A DNA stretch of 36,565 nucleotides. Source: Octopus bimaculoides. Taxonomy: Eukaryota. The notes below the pieces were generated by a model that was not told the origin of the DNA, searched no databases, and saw only the letters and a program-made list of their open reading frames with translations. Below, one piece after another: positions 32,255 through 36,565 of this stretch (positions within the stretch are counted from its first letter, which is position 1; each line of letters opens with the position of its first letter). Location of the stretch: the NCBI RefSeq assembly GCF_001194135.2, contig NC_068994.1, positions 15,602,415-15,638,979 on the forward strand. The letters are read 5' to 3'. A program made the translations under genes and the position numbers.

Positions 32255-32950
32255 TCATCATCATCATCATCATCATCGTTTAATGTCTGTTTTCCATGCT
32301 GGCATGGATTGGACGGTTTGACAGGAGCTGGCCAGTTGGAAAGCTGCCCAAGCTCCAATTGACTGTTTTAGTATGGTTGATGTGCTTCCTAATGCCAACC
32401 ACTTTTGAGAGTGTGCTGGGTATTTTCTATGTGGCACCAACATGACTGCGCGTATTGTGGTAGCAGCACGAGTGCATGTTCTATGACACTGGCATGAGTG
32501 CATGTTTTGTGGCATGGCACAAGTGCATGTTACGTGGAACTGGCACAGACACATACCATGTGAGACTGGCACATGTACATACCATGTGGCATTGGCATCT
32601 TCAAGATAAAGACCTCTCAGCTAGAAGAGGGAGTGGGGTCATGGCCATAAAGGGCATGCCTGAATGTACTTTGGCCATGATTTTATTTAGCTTGTCGTGT
32701 CTTCTCAAGTACAGCAGATCACCACAAGTCCTGGTCCCTTGTCATTTACTTGCTGAAGCCCAGTGTCTGAACATCCTTTCTCACCACTTCATCCTACATC
32801 TTGGATCTATCTCTTCCACAGGTTCCCCTCCATAATTACAAATCAGCACTTCTTTATGCAGCTGTCCTCATCCATATACATCACATGGCCATACTAGGGC
32901 AGTCTTCCTTTATGCACACAACATCTGATGCTTCTTATACTCAGTTTTCC
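32255..32950 (-). mobile_element. Second, more decayed RTE 3' fragment
   Basis: Aligns by eye with 22676-23420 (same ORF end, same tail). Confidence 0.75.
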
Positions 32951-33145
32951 TCCTAAATCATTTGTAGCCTATTTTGTGAAGAAATATTACCTTAATTGGA
33001 AACAAGTGAGTGTTGGTGATAGGAAGAGCATCTAGATGCAGGAAATCTGCTTCCACTTTTCTATAATTTCAAAGGTTGGACAAAATATGTTGATGTTTAA
33101 ATGATGATCACACATGCACACACACATGCATATATACATATGTGT

Positions 33146-33180
<35 letters not shown>

Positions 33181-33345
33181 CATATATATACATACTTGTG
33201 TGTACATACATACATATGTATGTGTATAGACATGACTGTACATGGATGTATATGTATTTATATACATGAATGTGTATACACCCACACACACACAAAGGAA
33301 CCCTTTCTTTAAATATATACAAAAATAAAACCAAAAGGGTACCTC

Positions 33346-34170
33346 AGTGATTACTTCATTTTATGAAACAAAAGCATTAAATTTAAAGAATTCAAAACAT
33401 TATTCAATAGAATTAACAAAGATACACAATGCCAACTGCCATTTCAAAACATCTTAATAAAATCAATAATAGAGACAAACATTTACTATAAAACTTTGGA
33501 CTCTGAACAATATCAAGCTTTCAATTCTTTTCATTTGTCACATCCCTTATAGTCTAATGTAAAAGATCTGCACAACTGTATCTCATGGAAACATCCATGA
33601 TGTATGATATCAAGTGGTTAGTGATAATCTTCTTGACAGGAAATTTCACACCATCTTTTATCAATAGTGGAATACATGAGCCAAGAAAATTAACATCCAT
33701 GTACTAAGACAAACAAAACCAAAAGCTATACCAGAATTGAAAGCCTTGTCTTACATTTCCATTCATAATTTTAAAAGCAACGAGGCCACCAACATGATAT
33801 TTCAAAGCATAAGAACACATACCAGTCATTCCAGGATTAAGAAAATTCTTCAAACACATACTATCATTAAAAGCAAATCACAGCCCAAACCAGTGAAAAA
33901 GATATTAGCAAAGGCCAATTAACAGAAGCAACAGTAAAAAAAAAAATGCAGAAGTTGCAGCTGTGGTATATGTTTAAACCTGTCAGAAGGATCAGAGATC
34001 TGTTTTAAACAAGGACAACTCTTCAAAATAATGTTATATGTGCATTGGCTCAGGATACATAGAAAACTACATAGGGTAAACTGGGATAACCTTAAGACAA
34101 TGCATAAGTCTGCATAGACCTCAAATTCGGACACTGGAAAGAAGTAATTGGGTCTCAGTGAATATATAGC
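33346..34170 (+). mobile_element. Decayed Penelope-like retroelement fragment (RT C-terminus + GIY-YIG endonuclease)
   Basis: Broken frames give DYFIL*NK, LPFQNILIK, IETNIYYKTLDSEQY...SFH (PLE TDIYYKPTDxxxYLxxxSxHP), KIxxxxxIIKSKSQPKPVKKILAKA, CRSCSCGIC and ENYIG*TGITLRQ...HRPQI; many stops and frameshifts. Confidence 0.8.
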
Positions 34171-34172
34171 TA

Positions 34173-34325
34173 GTGGTTGGCGTTAGGAAGGGCATCCAGC
34201 TGTAGAAACCCTGCCAAATTAGATTGGAGCCTGGTGTTGCCATCCGGTTTCACCAGTCCTCAGTCAAATCGTCCAACCCATGCTAGCATGGAAAGCGGAC
34301 GTTAAACGATGATGATGATGATGAT
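34173..34325 (+). mobile_element. RTE-type 3' tail inserted at the end of the Penelope fragment
   Basis: Near-identical to 165-300; (GAT)n tail. Confidence 0.8.
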
Positions 34326-34459
34326 ATGCCAGCAAGAAATAACCAAATTTCATGATCTTTTCCATGTATCAATTTCCTGATGGCACACTGCAACAAAAAA
34401 CACATTAACAAAGGAACCACATTCATAATCAAATACTAACCGCTTCTTAAAACTGTGGG

Positions 34460-34518
34460 AAAGAAGATTAACACTGCTGCTGCTACTGCTGTAGCAACTA
34501 CTGCTTTTACTACTGCTG

Positions 34519-34557
<39 letters not shown>

Positions 34558-34880
34558 TGCCCACACCTATTATTACTGAAGGAGTGGAACAAATCATTCC
34601 CACTACATCTATGACTTCTACCATTTCCACCACTTCTGTTACTACAAATACTGCTTAAGTTACTATTACTTCCATTAGTAAGACAGATTCAGCCACTACT
34701 ACTGTGATCACTATCATTACTGCTACTACTACTGCCACCTACCATACATCCTCTCTAACAACTATGAACCACTTCTTAATATCAACATTATTGGTAAGCA
34801 ACAATAACTGCCACTGCCAAAACTGTTATTACTACTGTTATGACCCAGCAACCACCAGGGGAGCAATAACACTACTATTT
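34460..34880. repeat. Degenerate (ACT/GCT/ACC)n trinucleotide region
   Basis: Pure (CTA)n core near 34520-34556 with decayed flanks; similar region at 31905-32110. Confidence 0.8.
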
Positions 34881-35409
34881 GAAGTTTATAAGAAAAACAT
34901 GTGAACATTTGAAAACTGCTTAGAGAAAAGATTAATTTAATTTATTGCATTTTATTTTTGCTTTGCTTATTGCATGAATAAATTATTTTAAAACAATTGA
35001 AACTGGTAACATATTTTGATGATGTAAATATTCTAAGTCTTTTATTCATAAAATTGTCAAAGCATCTTCTCTTGTTTTTGATATATAAATATATATATAT
35101 ATATATATGTATGTATATATGCATTCATGTGGCTTGGTAAGAGTCTTACTTCCCAACCATATGGTTTTGGGTTCAGTCTTACTGTGTGACACCTTTGGCA
35201 AGTATGTTCATATGTTCTACAATAGCCTTGGATGAACCAAAGCCTTGTAAATGGATTTGGTGGATGGAAGCTGAAAGAAACCCATTGGGTAAATAATATA
35301 TATATATACATACATATATGTGTGTGTGTGTTGCTATCTCTCTTGCCTTCACATCAAATGATGCCTGATAAATGGAAAAATATTACCTTGCCTAGAAACA
35401 GGTGAGGCT

Positions 35410-36565
35410 TAACAGTCCTACTAACTCTTTGTCATTTCTTGCAAACAGCTTCAGATGATTTACTTATAATATATACTTTGAACCCATACCTGGTGTTACT
35501 CAGTGTGTTTGAGAGTGGGATCAGTACCATGCAAAAGAGTAATGGAGAAAGGGGATCACTTTGAAAGATGCCTCGTTTGATGTTGATGTTAGATTGGCTC
35601 ATCTCATCACTATGGTTTTGGAGACATGTATTCCGCTTGACCTTGCCACCTTGTAAGAATTTGGAGATGACAGGAGAAATCTTGTATATCTCAAGGGCCT
35701 TTAGTAGCCAATTATGTGGGACACTATCAAACACTTTCTTGTAGTCTATTCCATACCATAATAAGGTTCTTGTTGCTCCAGAAATTCTCTACAACCATTC
35801 TAAGAATTCCTTTTACGACATTTTTGAGCTTGTGGAAAGATAGAATTCTGTACTAGGAAAGTGTGTATTCTTTCAGTTAGTATAGATGTGAGGATCTTGT
35901 AGTAGTGTTGAGATATGTTATTGGTCAGTAATTCTTTAGATTTTCGTGTCTTCAGTTTTTGGTAGAAGGTATGTTGTTCCTTTAGTTAGTCAGACTGGTA
36001 TTTGCTCTGGGTTCTGGATGACATCAGTTAGGGATGCAGCAAAATTTTGGTGTACTTCTGTTAAACAATTCAGCCAGAAGTTAGGGATCCCGCCTAGTTC
36101 TGGGGTTTTCCATTTGCAAAACTTTCTAAAAACACATCTTAGCTCTTCTACTCCTAGTGCCTTCCATTTCTGCTCCTCAACTTCATCCAGTTTCACTTTC
36201 TTACATTCTATCCAGTGAGCTTCAGCATTATATTCTTTTCTGTTGCTCCATATCTTCTTCCAGAACTCTTCCATTTCCTCAGTCATAGGTGGTTTGCTTT
36301 TGCCAATTCCCCTATAAAAGTTTTTTGCATCCGTCTTGAATACCTTATTTTGTCAATAAAATTGTATTCTTTTGTCATACCTTCTGAACCGTTGGGCTTT
36401 CAATTGTATTCCTTCTTTCAATTGTTCCTTGGTTGCAGGGAGGTTTATAAAATCTTTGATTTTTTATTTTTGCTTGATTTTTCTAGCTTGTTTCATCTCA
36501 ACATTTACTCCTCTAGAAAGTTCATCAAGAACTGATACATCTGCCCACAAAAAAATTCGATCTCT
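35410..36565 (-). mobile_element. Non-LTR retrotransposon RT fragment, R4/Dong-like
   Basis: EFWKKIWS..., KWKTPELGGIPNFWL, FDSVPHNWL, KRGIFQSDPLSPLLFCMVLIPLS across broken frames; runs off the window end. Confidence 0.85.

Noticed and set aside
33560-33870. Apparent two-exon minus-strand gene (MCLKNF...NGN|YMDVNF...LLH*) with a 51-nt GT-AG intron
   Set aside because: It is the antisense of the Penelope RT/GIY-YIG remnant; no protein family is recognisable.
34350-34904. Thr-, Ser- and Val-rich mucin-like ORFs
   Set aside because: Translations of a degenerate trinucleotide repeat; no convincing splice sites or domain.

Overview
AT-rich, intron-rich animal genomic DNA saturated with SINEs, MITEs and microsatellites; the repeat families look like coleoid cephalopod (probably Octopus; inferred, not verified). 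Two housekeeping genes sit head-to-head with start codons only 194 bp apart. On the minus strand are the first four coding exons of a PLPBP/PROSC (pyridoxal-phosphate homeostasis protein) gene, which continues beyond position 1. On the plus strand is a complete 7-exon HSPA13/STCH gene (1299 nt CDS, 432 aa). The rest is mobile DNA: several tRNA-derived SINE families, RTE, CR1 and R4/Dong-like LINE fragments, a decayed Penelope-like element (RT + GIY-YIG), a near full-length DD41D (rosa-type) Tc1/mariner fossil, and hAT-, piggyBac-, Tigger-, mariner- and Helentron-type non-autonomous elements. The most interesting signals are two minimal type I hammerhead ribozyme motifs in HSPA13 introns, one of them forming the 3' part of a tRNA-headed (Pol III) SINE; a third, decayed hammerhead-like motif in PLPBP; a perfect 36-bp hairpin beside HSPA13 exon 2; and an HSPA13 splice acceptor whose pyrimidine tract has been replaced by a SINE tail. 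There are four N gaps. Repeat boundaries are approximate unless TSDs or TIRs are quoted.
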